A program made the position numbers and the translations under genes. DNA of 64,000 bases from Candidatus Poribacteria bacterium. GTDB lineage: Bacteria; Poribacteria; WGA-4E; UBA9662. Shown here piece by piece: positions 10,864 to 21,573 of this stretch (position 1 is the first letter of the stretch; each line of letters begins with the position of its first letter). A model generated the notes under the pieces. That model saw only the letters and a list, made by a program, of their open reading frames with translations, was not told the origin of the DNA and searched no databases. The DNA is taken from contig JAYGDX010000089.1 in assembly GCA_046582655.1 (NCBI GenBank), positions 1 to 64,000 on the forward strand. The letters are read 5' to 3'.

Positions 10864-11559
10864 ATGAGCGATCAGGAAATTGCTAATGCCCCTAAAACGG
10901 GCTTCGCTCTCTTTATGCATCGAGCTTTCGCTGATCCACAACAAAAACTCTATATGCGGATTAGCAATTTTGTGGCCGTCATCATCTTTATTTCAATTGG
11001 GATGATCGTTTACGAAACGGTGTTAGAAAGCAATGTTATTACAGCAAGGAGTGAAATAGAAACTCGAATCACAGATATTCGCGAGAATATGCGTGAAATT
11101 ATAGATGAAATCCGTGGTCAACAAAGCGATGGAAAATACAAAAGTGTCTTTGAGTCTGTAAGCGCTGAGAAAAGCAGTGATGCTGAAGATGAAAAGCATA
11201 AAAATTTCAGAAAATTCTATGCCTATTGGACCGAAAAATCTATTGGGCAGAATTTGGCTAATGAGAAAATCAGCGCTAAATCGCGCGTAGTTAATTTGAT
11301 TGCGAGAATTGACAGCACTGAAGATGAACGTTTCCTAAGAAAGATTGGGTACGTGTCAAAAGACGACAAGTACGTCGATCTTTATGACGAAGGTGACAGT
11401 GCCCTTTCTACATTCAGAAAATATTCTATCTGCTTCACTGAATTAGCTCAAAATGATTCAACAACCCCCCAACACGAAGAATTTATAACTGAATTTGCCG
11501 AAGCTGAGAGCGATTTTGATAGTATTCAGAAACGACTTGGGCATGTAAAGTTCTTTTAG
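10864..11559 (+). CDS. Membrane protein, possibly the truncated N-terminus of an ion transporter (S1-like helix plus long soluble segment)
   Basis: AAGGAG RBS; FMHRAFADP...NFVAVIIFISIGMIVYETV resembles the S1 helix of Ion_trans channels; no further TM helices before the stop. Confidence 0.4.
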   Translation: MSDQEIANAPKTGFALFMHRAFADPQQKLYMRISNFVAVIIFISIGMIVYETVLESNVITARSEIETRITDIRENMREIIDEIRGQQSDGKYKSVFESVSAEKSSDAEDEKHKNFRKFYAYWTEKSIGQNLANEKISAKSRVVNLIARIDSTEDERFLRKIGYVSKDDKYVDLYDEGDSALSTFRKYSICFTELAQNDSTTPQHEEFITEFAEAESDFDSIQKRLGHVKFF

Positions 11560-11599
11560 ATTAGAGGAATCAATGATTAATCATCCAATTTCACCATTC

Positions 11600-12000
11600 A
11601 TACTACTGGTGTTTTGGCAACGCAAGACGTCTATGAGTTGCCGCTCAACACGCGGGTCAAAGATGCCATCCAAGTGGGGCTGGAGGGACAAAGGATCAGG
11701 CGGATCTCCAGCGTTTTATTAGCTGCCAAGATCATTGATGAAAAGGTTCTTAGCTCCACCTTGATTGCCAAGAATCAAAACCAATCGGCAGAACTTTCCT
11801 ATTTCCAAACAGGTCTGCCAGAGAATCTAATTCCTCAAACACAAGTCGGATCAACACCAATACGACCTCACCGGCTTTAGTTACAGACGCTACCATGAAA
11901 AAGGGCGGCAATAGCGCAAAGAATTGCTGATCATTGAAAAGCAAAGCACACTCTCACCAGTTGAAGGCTTATAAAAAATAAGAGGAATTGGTGACAAACC
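11600..12000 (+). mobile_element. Possible transposase remnant
   Basis: Fragmented frames (VKDAIQVGL..QRIRRISSVLLAAKII...STLIAK) weakly resemble IS4-type N-termini; follows the apparently truncated gene. Confidence 0.25.
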
Positions 12001-12030
12001 ATGGGATAGACTTGGTAAATTTATCACTTT

Positions 12031-13362
12031 TTACTGCTGCGAAGCCAAGTATTGCAGTAACTCTAATTTTCCAATAGGTTGATCTAAATGCATGAGATAT
12101 ACTTGAAAAGAGTCGCTCCTATCGGAAACAAAAGCAATTTTAGATCCGTCAGGTGAAAATGCAGGCTGAATCGACGCTCCAATGCCATTGGTGACTTGAT
12201 GATCATTTGTCCCATCAACATTCATTGAAAATATTTCGATATCCCCATGTCGTGCAGAAACAAAAACAATCTGTTTGCCATCCGGTGAGACGATAGGACT
12301 GTAGCAATCATACGGATTCGAATTTAAGTGGGTTTCATTGGCGCCATTTATATCAGTGGTATAGATCTGATGCGGTTGTTCTTGGCGTGAGGAGCTAAAA
12401 ACAATCTTTTTCTGATCGGGGTAAAACGCGGGATTTCCGTCATCAGCCGCATTTTTAGTAATTTGCCTTGCTGGAATTGTCTTCGGACTAATGTTGTCCA
12501 GATCCACATTGGTAAGATCAATCTCATATAGTTCAAGATTGTTTCCACTTTTAGTTTCATAAAGAATCCGCTTTCGGTCAGGTGAGACACTAGGTGCTCG
12601 CACACCATGTCCAATTGGCAAAAGTTCCTGGACTTTTTTGCTGAAGATATGTGAGATATTAAGACCAGCATAGATTCGAGATGAGCCACTTCCCTGCAAA
12701 GTAATTGTAATCTGACGAGAGGTTTTGGGTTCTCTGATATATAGGATATACTTGTTGTCGTGTAGAAAAACGGGAGCCGATTCATTGAAATCGGTTGTGA
12801 AAGTTACGCGTTGCCGGATCCGGCCATCCAGATCCATAATATAAACTTCGCTGTTGTCAGATCTATAAGAGGAGAAGGCAATCTGCTTGCCATCGGGCGA
12901 AAAATTTGGTGAGTAGTTGTCTGAATCCCCCTTGGTCAGTTGTATAATTTGGTATCGATCCGTAACCAAACCTGCGACCTGACTAATGATGTCTTGGTCT
13001 GAAGTCGATTGTAACGTTAATCGAAGTTGGCTAAACGCTTTTCGTCGATCGCTATTTTTGAGATAGAGTTTGGCTAGCCTAATCCGTAAAATAGCCTGAT
13101 CCTTCGGTTGAGCAGGAAGGATAAGAATTGCTTCTCGAAACTGATTAACTGACTGATTATATTGTCCTGATTGGTCATAGGTTTCACCGAGCAGAATCCG
13201 AGCTTCCACATTTTCAGGTTTAGCTTGGACAATTTTTTCTAACAGGACAACTGCGTCCTGTAACTTGCCTGAATTGATCAATTCTTTAGGGGATTGCAAC
13301 GGATCGCACCCGAATGTTACAAAAAACCATAATGTAAGGTAGGAAAATAACAATCGCTTCAT
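12031..13362 (-). CDS. Lipoprotein with TPR repeats and TolB-like (PD40) beta-propeller
   Basis: Lipobox VTFGC; TPR-like segment; repeated P.FSPDG..I.F.S.R motifs. Confidence 0.85.
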   Translation of the reverse strand: MKRLLFSYLTLWFFVTFGCDPLQSPKELINSGKLQDAVVLLEKIVQAKPENVEARILLGETYDQSGQYNQSVNQFREAILILPAQPKDQAILRIRLAKLYLKNSDRRKAFSQLRLTLQSTSDQDIISQVAGLVTDRYQIIQLTKGDSDNYSPNFSPDGKQIAFSSYRSDNSEVYIMDLDGRIRQRVTFTTDFNESAPVFLHDNKYILYIREPKTSRQITITLQGSGSSRIYAGLNISHIFSKKVQELLPIGHGVRAPSVSPDRKRILYETKSGNNLELYEIDLTNVDLDNISPKTIPARQITKNAADDGNPAFYPDQKKIVFSSSRQEQPHQIYTTDINGANETHLNSNPYDCYSPIVSPDGKQIVFVSARHGDIEIFSMNVDGTNDHQVTNGIGASIQPAFSPDGSKIAFVSDRSDSFQVYLMHLDQPIGKLELLQYLASQQ

Positions 13363-13365
13363 GGA

Positions 13366-14169
13366 TTACCAGATGATGTCCTCGGCATTAAAGACCGGCC
13401 CTTCAGTACAAACTCGCTGAAACTCAAAACCCGCACTTGGCAGACGTACCTTGCAGACGCATCCTAAACAGACGCCCAAGGCACATCCCATGCGGTTTTC
13501 CATTGCCACCTGGCAGGGTATTCCATAATCAACTACAATTTTAGTTGTCGCTCGAAGCATCCCGTTGGGACCACAAGCGAAGATGATTGGGTTTCGGAGT
13601 CTATTCTCAGTAGGCTGATCCAAGACTGCCAATAGCGAATCAGTAACAAAACCTTGATTACCAACACTGCCGTCGTCTGTTGTAATATGTGTTTCAGCAC
13701 CTATTTCTTCTAGATCCTTAACACTCAAGAGGCGATCGCTACTCATCGCACCAACCATGGCAATTAGTCTAACATCACTTAGTCGAAGCGCAGTTGCCAG
13801 TAGCATTAGAGAAGCAATCCCCGCACCGCCACCGACAACGATTGCCGGATCGGGTTTAACCGAAAGATCAAAGCAGTTTCCTAGCGGACCTAGGACATTG
13901 ATCTGCTGATTCTGTTGGCAAGTTGATAAGATTTCAGTGCCTTTTCCGATAATTTGGTAAAGCATAGAAATCTCATCGCCTTCAATACTGTAAATTGTGA
14001 ATGGACGTCGCAATAGCAAGTTCGATCCTTCATCAATTAAAACATGGATGAATTGCCCCGGTTTCGACTTAGCTGCAATCTTCGGACATATGCAGCGTAG
14101 CAGAAAGTGGTTGGTTGCGATCTGCTCGTTAGAAATGATCTGTGTGGTCGTATCAAACTTTTGAGGCAA
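13366..14169 (-). CDS. pyrK: Dihydroorotate dehydrogenase electron transfer subunit
   Basis: PGQF, LRRPFTI, GPLG, VGGGAG, TDDGS.G, ACGP, MGCALGVCLGC, RVCTEGPVF. Confidence 0.9.
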   Translation of the reverse strand: MPQKFDTTTQIISNEQIATNHFLLRCICPKIAAKSKPGQFIHVLIDEGSNLLLRRPFTIYSIEGDEISMLYQIIGKGTEILSTCQQNQQINVLGPLGNCFDLSVKPDPAIVVGGGAGIASLMLLATALRLSDVRLIAMVGAMSSDRLLSVKDLEEIGAETHITTDDGSVGNQGFVTDSLLAVLDQPTENRLRNPIIFACGPNGMLRATTKIVVDYGIPCQVAMENRMGCALGVCLGCVCKVRLPSAGFEFQRVCTEGPVFNAEDIIW

Positions 14170-14289
14170 CGAAAATCACTCCTGATTTCCCTATTGAAAG
14201 GCACGGGAAATAAAAAGAGTTACTTCTGTAAGACAGCAAATATGAGTATATGCCTGATTCAAGAAAAAAATCAATAGCACGATTAAGGG

Positions 14290-15051
14290 TCATTTCCTTT
14301 TATTTAGGTTACTAAAAAAAGCAAGAATGTCTGCCATGGCTTGATCAGATAGCTTTTCTACACCCATAGCTGGCATCGTAAATCCACCCGCTCGAACATA
14401 AGATGCAATCTTGTGTAATCGTTTCTGCAAGTTAGCAGGCGGGCGAGATTTGACCATTTGAGGACCGATACCGCCTCTTTTCGGCTTGGCGTGGCAGCTT
14501 GCACAAGCTTTAGCATAAATCTTCCATCCATTTTTCGCATTGCCATTAATTTTGAGGATTTGGTCGGCGGCTATTTTTGATGCGTCCTTGCTAAGACCTT
14601 GCAATTTCACCTTTGGTGACTTCTTGCCAATTGACACATAATCGAAATATGCCATTAGGGCTTCGGCTTGATCTTCAGGTATGGCGGAGGGATCGATTTT
14701 TCTTTCCGGAATCCTTTGTAGAAAACGCTGATAGCAGAATCCCGCACCGCCGGCGGCTCTTTCAAATATAGCAGACGTAACCTTTGCCCATTGAGATTTC
14801 CCTCGATCCCGCACGCCAATAATACTGTGTCCTGTACGGATTTGTCCATCGGGTTCTTTTCCCTCGTCAAAATCTGCGTGACAAGTTGCGCACGACATAC
14901 CGCTAGCTTTATTTGAATCTATGGTTCCCCCGAAAGAGGGATCATGAAATAGCTCACGTCCCAACTGTGCTTGCGAAGAGATTTCTGATTTAGCCACTGT
15001 CCCAAAAACAGTTAGAGAAAGTATAAAACCCAAAAATGACAATTGACGCAT
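14290..15051 (-). CDS. Periplasmic diheme c-type cytochrome
   Basis: Signal peptide from ATG at 15051 (MRQLSFLG...); CATCH and CASCH heme motifs; distal MP motif. Confidence 0.85.
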   Translation of the reverse strand: MRQLSFLGFILSLTVFGTVAKSEISSQAQLGRELFHDPSFGGTIDSNKASGMSCATCHADFDEGKEPDGQIRTGHSIIGVRDRGKSQWAKVTSAIFERAAGGAGFCYQRFLQRIPERKIDPSAIPEDQAEALMAYFDYVSIGKKSPKVKLQGLSKDASKIAADQILKINGNAKNGWKIYAKACASCHAKPKRGGIGPQMVKSRPPANLQKRLHKIASYVRAGGFTMPAMGVEKLSDQAMADILAFFSNLNKRK

Positions 15052-15155
15052 GAAAATTCTCCTGAAAAATTCTAAGTATTGCATTAAATGGAAACAACAC
15101 AATATTATACAGAACAAAACCTATTGTACAAAAGCAAAACGATGTGAGAGATATT

Positions 15156-15760
15156 ATGTTTGATGCTTTACTCCGACAGATAAAAGATCGGCTACTTGCT
15201 TCGGTCGGCAGAAATGTTGAGTATTCCACCAAATCTGGTTACTACGTTCAGTTTGATACTGGGGGGCCTGACTGTCGTTTTTTATCCCGAAAAAGCCCTA
15301 CCTTGTCGCCTTAATATTCTGGATCCTAAACTGGTTTTTCGATGGATTGGATGGCGCCATTGCCCGAGCTCACCAACGCCAGACCGATCTGGGCGGATAT
15401 CTTGATACCTTATCTGACTTTATCATCTATGCAGCTATTCCCATCAGTCTGGTTGTTATTACCAACTATGGAACGATACTTTTATTTGACCTTGATGATC
15501 CCCACTTTCTACGTCAATGCGTCTTTATAGATGTACCTATCAGCAATTTTGGAGGAGCGGACACTGGGATCAAACACACGCAGAGAGGACACAACGGTAA
15601 TTATGCCTGATGGATTGATCGGGGGAGCAGAAGCGATTCTGATGTATTCATTATTTTTCGCAATACCTGAACGAATCGCTGTATTGTTTTTTTATTATGA
15701 GTATATTGGTGGGTCTGACAATCTGCCAACGGTTAATTTGGGCAATGGTGCAATTGTGAG
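15156..15760 (+). pseudogene. CDP-alcohol phosphatidyltransferase, frameshifted
   Basis: MFDALLRQIK..., PNLVT, DGLDGAIAR..QTDLGGYLDTLSD signature and GLIGGAE are spread over different frames. Confidence 0.8.
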
Positions 15761-15858
15761 AGAACAATCAATTGGGAAGATAAAGATTGTAGGGTTGGTC
15801 TGTGTAGTTGATATCTCCAAGATTAGAAAGCAATGCTGGTGACACCCCGCTCAGTAGT

Positions 15859-16240
15859 CTACGTGCCACCCAGCCGATTAAGCTCGGGCATTTGATCCTT
15901 GGAAAGTTCTTCAATTTCCGACAGTGAGAAGTATCTTGCATCATCAATTTCACGCTGATCAGGAACCGGATCATGAAAATTGATTGGTGTCAGTTGAAAA
16001 ATCAGGTAGGTTGAATTATCTTTTTTTATTAACTCGGTGTCGTACGCCCAACAATCCATCCATTTTGGCCCAGATCTACGTTTCCTCAAAAACCTCTCGA
16101 ATACAAGCATCATGAGCGGCCTCCTCAAGTTTGACGTAGCCACCGGGTATTCGCCAAACTTTTGGGTCATAGGCATGGTGAACCATCAATAGCCGACTAT
16201 TCAGTAAAACGGCACCACCAGTACCAAGTGAAGATCTCAT
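15859..16240 (-). pseudogene. NUDIX hydrolase with in-frame stop and frameshift
   Basis: IPGGYV..EE....ACIREVFEET* Nudix box ends in TAG; reading resumes IWAKMDGLLGVRHR, then shifts in an A-run to DNSTYLIF...EIDDARYF. Confidence 0.75.
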
Positions 16241-16388
16241 GCTAAAGGTCCTTCCACTGACTGTTTTTTTAAGAATGTTTTCTCTTTCAATATAAAATAA
16301 TGATACTGTAAACATCCCAAGCCAATTCAGTAAGTATAGAAATACTAATACAAGGTTTCGGATACGCGCAACTGGCTATAATCGATTT

Positions 16389-17480
16389 TCAACTGTGCAA
16401 CAGTGTAATGTCATGGGGCGAGAATGTTAGTTCGACTGCTTCTCCTAGCCCACAAAACTTGCCTTTTCTCGAATTTAAGGTGTTTACTCTGACGATCTTG
16501 TTTTCGTTTATCGCAATCATATATTGGATCTGTGATCCAAGATAAGCAGTTGATTCAACCTTTCCCGAAATCCGGTTTGTTGTTATGCCCCCTTTCGAAA
16601 ATCTAATTAACTCGGGTCTGATATTGAATTCGATTGGACTTCCGATCGATGGTGGTTGGCTGAGAGAGTTTTGCCACACGGCTTGAAGGTCTTGTATTTC
16701 GTCAGACGACAGTATTAACATGTCCTCATTGATATCAATTATCTCCGCTGAAAACAAGTTGGAAGTTCCAACGAAATCAGCCACAGATTTCGTGTAGGGT
16801 AACTCATAAATTTCTTTAGGCGTACCTTCTTGAATTATCTTTCCTTCTGACATTACGGCAATACGTGTGGAAGTAATAAGTGCTTCTTCTTGATCATGTG
16901 TGACGTAGATTGTTGTTATTCCAAGTTCGCGTTGCAAGCGGAGCAACTCCTCTCTCATCTGAATACGTAACTTAGCATCAAGATTTGATAACGGCTCATC
17001 TAAAAGCAACAAGCCTGGTTCGGTAACAAGTGTCCGCGCCAAGGCGACACGCTGCTGCTGACCACCAGAGAGCTGAGAGGGACGACGTTTATCAAGCCCC
17101 TCCAGATTCACCATCTGCAGGGATCGTTCAACTCGATCCTGAATTTCAGATTTGACTATTTTCCGTTCACGCAACCCAAAAGCAATATTTTCAAAAACAT
17201 TCATATGTGGCCACAAAGCATAGTTTTGAAAAACCATCCCTACGTTCCGTTTCCAAGGTGGTATGTCATTCACGAACTGATCGTCAAAATATATTGATCC
17301 ACTATCGGCTGACGTAAAGCCGGCGAGTATGCGCAGTAACGTTGTTTTCCCGCAACCACTCGGTCCAAGGAAAGTGTAGAATTCACCTTTAGCAATATGT
17401 AGATTTACATCCTTGACTGCATGCACATCACCAAATTGTTTTCTCAAACCTTCTGTACGAACTTCTATACTCTGGTTCAT
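16389..17480 (-). CDS. ABC transporter ATP-binding protein (PotA/FbpC-like, TOBE domain)
   Basis: GPSGCGKT, LSGGQQQR, LLLDEPLSNLD, THDQEEA. Confidence 0.9.
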   Translation of the reverse strand: MNQSIEVRTEGLRKQFGDVHAVKDVNLHIAKGEFYTFLGPSGCGKTTLLRILAGFTSADSGSIYFDDQFVNDIPPWKRNVGMVFQNYALWPHMNVFENIAFGLRERKIVKSEIQDRVERSLQMVNLEGLDKRRPSQLSGGQQQRVALARTLVTEPGLLLLDEPLSNLDAKLRIQMREELLRLQRELGITTIYVTHDQEEALITSTRIAVMSEGKIIQEGTPKEIYELPYTKSVADFVGTSNLFSAEIIDINEDMLILSSDEIQDLQAVWQNSLSQPPSIGSPIEFNIRPELIRFSKGGITTNRISGKVESTAYLGSQIQYMIAINENKIVRVNTLNSRKGKFCGLGEAVELTFSPHDITLLHS

Positions 17481-17537
17481 AATCTCCTAAGATCCTCAGT
17501 AATTTTCAGAAAACCAAGCAACATATGCATCAGGTTG

Positions 17538-18656
17538 TTAATCTGAGTAGGGATCGGTCGCATCTCGAAGCGCGTCACCCAGAAAATTAAATGAAATCAC
17601 AACAGATAAAACTGGGATAGCGGGGAAAATCAACCATGGATAATGGAGTAATACTGTTACACGCTGAGCTTCTTCAAGCAGAACGCCCCAACTCGTCATC
17701 GGAGGACGGATTCCTAGACCAAGAAAACTCAGTGTGGTTTCGCCAATAATCATACCAGGAATCGAAAGTGTTGCAATGACTATAATATGACTATAAGATC
17801 CCGGCAGTAAGTGACGAGTGATAATATGCCAGTGGTTCCCGCCTGCCGCTCGTGCGGCCATGACAAATTCCTGTTCACGATAAGCTAGAACTTTTCCACG
17901 AACCTGTCTGGCCAAATTCCCCCATCCAACTAAAGCCAGAATAACGGTGATGCCGAAGAATACTACAATGGGATGCAAACCTGGCGGTAATGCCGCACCA
18001 AGTGCCATCCAAAGCGGAATAGTGGGAAAAGCTAATAATACTTCAATTAAACGTTGTATAAAGATATCCACTCTTCCACCGAAATAACCTGAGACAGTTC
18101 CTAGAACCGAACCTAAGATTAAGCTGATGATGACACCAACTAATCCAACTGTCATTGAAACGCGACCACCATATATTATCCTCGACAACAAATCGCGTCC
18201 CATACGATCTGTTCCCAACACAAACATAGGACCAGCAGATCCAACCAGGTGTCGTCTACCCTTCTGATCTTGGTAGAAAAAGCGGATAGGATAAGGTTGA
18301 TTGGAATCAGGTGTAAACTCTAATTCCAGCGTTTCCGGATTTCTCACCGACTTAAGGTCATACACATGTAAGCCATATTCTGTTGAAAATCGAATTTTTT
18401 GCGGAGGGACATGGCGAAAATGCATTTTAATATCGTTATAGTGGTAGGGGGCAAAAAAATCGGCAAAAATAGAAATAATATAGAAGGAAATCAGGATAGC
18501 GGCAGAGATGATTCCCATGCGGTTCTTTCGGAAACGTCGCCAGATCAGTTGACGGTAACTGAGACTCGCTAGTTCGCTAGACTCCGCGCTATAATCGTCA
18601 GACAAAGTTTCGTTGTCTATATTATTTTGTTTTTCTCTGTTTTTTTTATCATTCAT
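17538..18656 (-). CDS. Peptide/oligosaccharide ABC permease (OppC/DppC-like)
   Basis: LGTDRMGRD, EFVMAARAAG, ETTLSFLGLG, GDALRDA.DP. Confidence 0.9.
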   Translation of the reverse strand: MNDKKNREKQNNIDNETLSDDYSAESSELASLSYRQLIWRRFRKNRMGIISAAILISFYIISIFADFFAPYHYNDIKMHFRHVPPQKIRFSTEYGLHVYDLKSVRNPETLELEFTPDSNQPYPIRFFYQDQKGRRHLVGSAGPMFVLGTDRMGRDLLSRIIYGGRVSMTVGLVGVIISLILGSVLGTVSGYFGGRVDIFIQRLIEVLLAFPTIPLWMALGAALPPGLHPIVVFFGITVILALVGWGNLARQVRGKVLAYREQEFVMAARAAGGNHWHIITRHLLPGSYSHIIVIATLSIPGMIIGETTLSFLGLGIRPPMTSWGVLLEEAQRVTVLLHYPWLIFPAIPVLSVVISFNFLGDALRDATDPYSD

Positions 18657-19635
18657 GGCGTATTCTCGGATCTACCCATGCCAGCGCAATATCAGCCAAA
18701 AGATTACCAATGACCAGAAGTATGCTTTGCAACATAAGTAATGTTCCTGCCAGATAAACATCCTCGACCAGAAGGCTACGAAATAGTAACGATCCAACTG
18801 TTGGTAGACCAAGCACTATTGAGACAATTGCTTCTCCGGACAGTATGGCTGGAAGACTCATACCCAAAATACTGATCAATGGATTTATGGCCAAACGCGA
18901 TGCATGTTTAATAACCACGATGGTTTCTTTGAGTCCCTTTGCTCGTGCAGTACGTACAAATGGTTGTCCTAGTACATCAAGCAAATTTCCACGCATGATG
19001 CGCATTAATCCAGCTGTACCGTTCAAACCAACGACAATGACAGGAAGCCAAAGGTGATTCAGTAAATCCACTAATTTCCCTGTCGTCCAGGGTGCACCTT
19101 CGTAATAAGACGAGAACAACCCGAACAACGGGATTTCAAAAACCTCAAACACAAACACCATCAGGGCTAGCGCAACAAGAAAGGCAGGTAGCGACATGCC
19201 AATAAAACTCAGTAAAGTCAAGAAATTATCCGAAAATTTATACTGATGAGTTGCTGAATAAATTCCTAGTGGGATAGCGATAATATAGGTTAAAATTAAT
19301 GCGGTAACAGAAATCAGAAGTGTCAGTAGCAAACGATCCCAAACCAGTTCACTAACTTCGACTTCATATTCAAAGGATTGACCAAATTTACCTCGAATAA
19401 ATCCAGTAACCCACACAAAATATCGGATGACCATTGGCTTATCAAGCCTGTAGCGTTTTCGCAATTCCTCAGCCATTTCCATCGAGCTACTATCACCGTA
19501 TTGCTCCTCAAGTTCCTGTATTTTCCGATCAAGATAATCCCCCTTAGGTAGCTGAATAATAATAAAACCTATAATTGAAATTGCGATAAGAGTTGGGACA
19601 GCGAGCAGGATACGACGTATGATATATGCTGTCAT
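18649..19635 (-). CDS. Peptide/oligosaccharide ABC permease (OppB/DppB-like)
   Basis: YIIRRIL, FVRTARAKGL, GNLLAD...DPRIR. Confidence 0.9.
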   Translation of the reverse strand: MTAYIIRRILLAVPTLIAISIIGFIIIQLPKGDYLDRKIQELEEQYGDSSSMEMAEELRKRYRLDKPMVIRYFVWVTGFIRGKFGQSFEYEVEVSELVWDRLLLTLLISVTALILTYIIAIPLGIYSATHQYKFSDNFLTLLSFIGMSLPAFLVALALMVFVFEVFEIPLFGLFSSYYEGAPWTTGKLVDLLNHLWLPVIVVGLNGTAGLMRIMRGNLLDVLGQPFVRTARAKGLKETIVVIKHASRLAINPLISILGMSLPAILSGEAIVSIVLGLPTVGSLLFRSLLVEDVYLAGTLLMLQSILLVIGNLLADIALAWVDPRIRHE

Positions 19636-21572
19636 GGACGCTCTTCCTTAATAAAATATTGTTCTGGATAACTTGTTGCCGGTCCACTAATTGCCCATGG
19701 TCCCAAAATACCTGTACTCGGAACGTTATGGAACTGATTCTTGGAAATCACGAGCTGAGGGGATCGACCTGCTGTACCAAGGTGAAACGGGCCTTCATCG
19801 ATATGAATCTGAACCGCATCCCGAACATATTGATGCCTTTTCTGCAAATCACTTTCCTTCTTGATTGTATCGTAAAGATCAAGTAGCTTTTTAAGAGGGC
19901 CTGTCGGTGGTTCCCCCTCTTTTCCACCAGTTTCATACCATTTGCCAACCCTTGGGTGCCAATACTTAGACAGAGTAGGGAAAACCCAATCAGGATAGGT
20001 AAACAAATCCATTTCAGCCTCGCCGTGCATGCTAACTGTAAATTCCCCGAGGTTGCGTCTTAGACTGAGTTCGGATCCAGGAGGTGTGTTAATAACAATC
20101 TCAATTCCCAACTTCCTCCAATCTTCAGCAATAATTAAACCAATATCATTTTCCTGACTGCTCTGCTTTGAGCTTGGCATATCGATGACTATAGTAAGCT
20201 TTTTACCATCAGGCCGGAGTCGAACCCCATCTTTATCTCGCTTCGTTAATCCCATTTCGTTCAACAAATTGTTTGCTTCTTCAATATTGAAATCTGCGTC
20301 TGCTTTCTTCCATCTTTCGAAAAGTTCCTGTCCCATTGCATCAGTAAAGTGCCAACCCTCCTGACTTACCGTTGCTGCTTGTGCTTGCAACAGACCACGC
20401 CAAGCGATTTGATTGCACTTGTTCCGATCAATACCTAGCGCTAGAGCTTTACGGAAACGTTGATCCCGCATCAGTTTACGTAGTACCGGATCTGGATCGG
20501 TCCAATTGAGTAAGATCGCTGGTTGTGCTCCAGCAGTGGTTTCCCACCTTAAGACTTTATAGTCCCCACGTTCTTGGCCTTCTATGTACAAGGCCAAGTC
20601 TCTTATCTCTGCTCCTCTAAACTGACAGTCAATCTCACCAGCAAGGATTTTTAAGACCCGAACCTGAGGGTCCGGCACAAGACTGGTTTTGACCCTATCA
20701 ATGTATGGCAGTTGTCGTCCTAGTGAATCGACCGCATAATAATATGGATTTCGCTCAAATTCGACTCGGTATCCACCTTTTGCGTTCTCAATCATCCTCC
20801 ATGGCCATAACGTCGGCCGCTTTGGATTCTGATGGTTCAAATCTCGCATTTGGAACTGCTTGAAGTTTTTGTATTCGGAATAATCTGGATGGAATTCAAT
20901 CATGTAATGCCTGGGAATGTTGTATTTTTCGGAATGCCAAAATCCAGTTCCCAACCATAGCGGTACCAACCAGTTTGGTCCGGCAAATTTCATAACAATA
21001 GTATAATCATCTGGCGTTTCAATCTCCATCGGTTCGCCGTCGACAAGACACCAAACTGGTGGCTCATAACTGTGACGTGTATCCAAACAAAGTTGATAGA
21101 AGAAAGCAAATGATTCGGAGGTAAAAGGGTGACCATCTGACCACCTTATTCCTCGACGCAAATGTATGGTTAATACGGAACCATCTTGGTTAAATTCCCA
21201 AGCTTCTGCTGTACCAGGTTCCAAACCTGAACAATCGAACTTCCAGCGAATCAACGGAGCGTACCCACCAATCATTTTCCAAGATCCAAGTTCGGGATGA
21301 TTGTGGAACCTGTGCCAGGTACCACCGTAGATCCCAGGTTGCTCGTAGCCGTCAAAGTCAGTTTTCGCAACCAGTGGGTTTTCAGGAATCCGTTCTGCAA
21401 GTGATGGCAGTTTTCCTTCCTCCACCATTCTAGTCAGCATCGGCGCTTCTCTGGCCTCTAAACCGTTTGGATAAGCTGATAGATCCTGCTTCCTCGCCGT
21501 TTGGTCTGAGCAACCAAAAATAAAAATAATGCTACTCAGAAAAATATATCTGATTGTTTTGATCAATTTCAT
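19632..21572 (-). CDS. Family 5 ABC substrate-binding lipoprotein
   Basis: Lipobox IFGC; EAPML...G.LP...ERIPENP, LRRGIRWSDG.PFT, ERNPYY..VD..GRQLPYID. Confidence 0.9.
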   Translation of the reverse strand: MKLIKTIRYIFLSSIIFIFGCSDQTARKQDLSAYPNGLEAREAPMLTRMVEEGKLPSLAERIPENPLVAKTDFDGYEQPGIYGGTWHRFHNHPELGSWKMIGGYAPLIRWKFDCSGLEPGTAEAWEFNQDGSVLTIHLRRGIRWSDGHPFTSESFAFFYQLCLDTRHSYEPPVWCLVDGEPMEIETPDDYTIVMKFAGPNWLVPLWLGTGFWHSEKYNIPRHYMIEFHPDYSEYKNFKQFQMRDLNHQNPKRPTLWPWRMIENAKGGYRVEFERNPYYYAVDSLGRQLPYIDRVKTSLVPDPQVRVLKILAGEIDCQFRGAEIRDLALYIEGQERGDYKVLRWETTAGAQPAILLNWTDPDPVLRKLMRDQRFRKALALGIDRNKCNQIAWRGLLQAQAATVSQEGWHFTDAMGQELFERWKKADADFNIEEANNLLNEMGLTKRDKDGVRLRPDGKKLTIVIDMPSSKQSSQENDIGLIIAEDWRKLGIEIVINTPPGSELSLRRNLGEFTVSMHGEAEMDLFTYPDWVFPTLSKYWHPRVGKWYETGGKEGEPPTGPLKKLLDLYDTIKKESDLQKRHQYVRDAVQIHIDEGPFHLGTAGRSPQLVISKNQFHNVPSTGILGPWAISGPATSYPEQYFIKEERP

Positions 21573-21573
21573 A

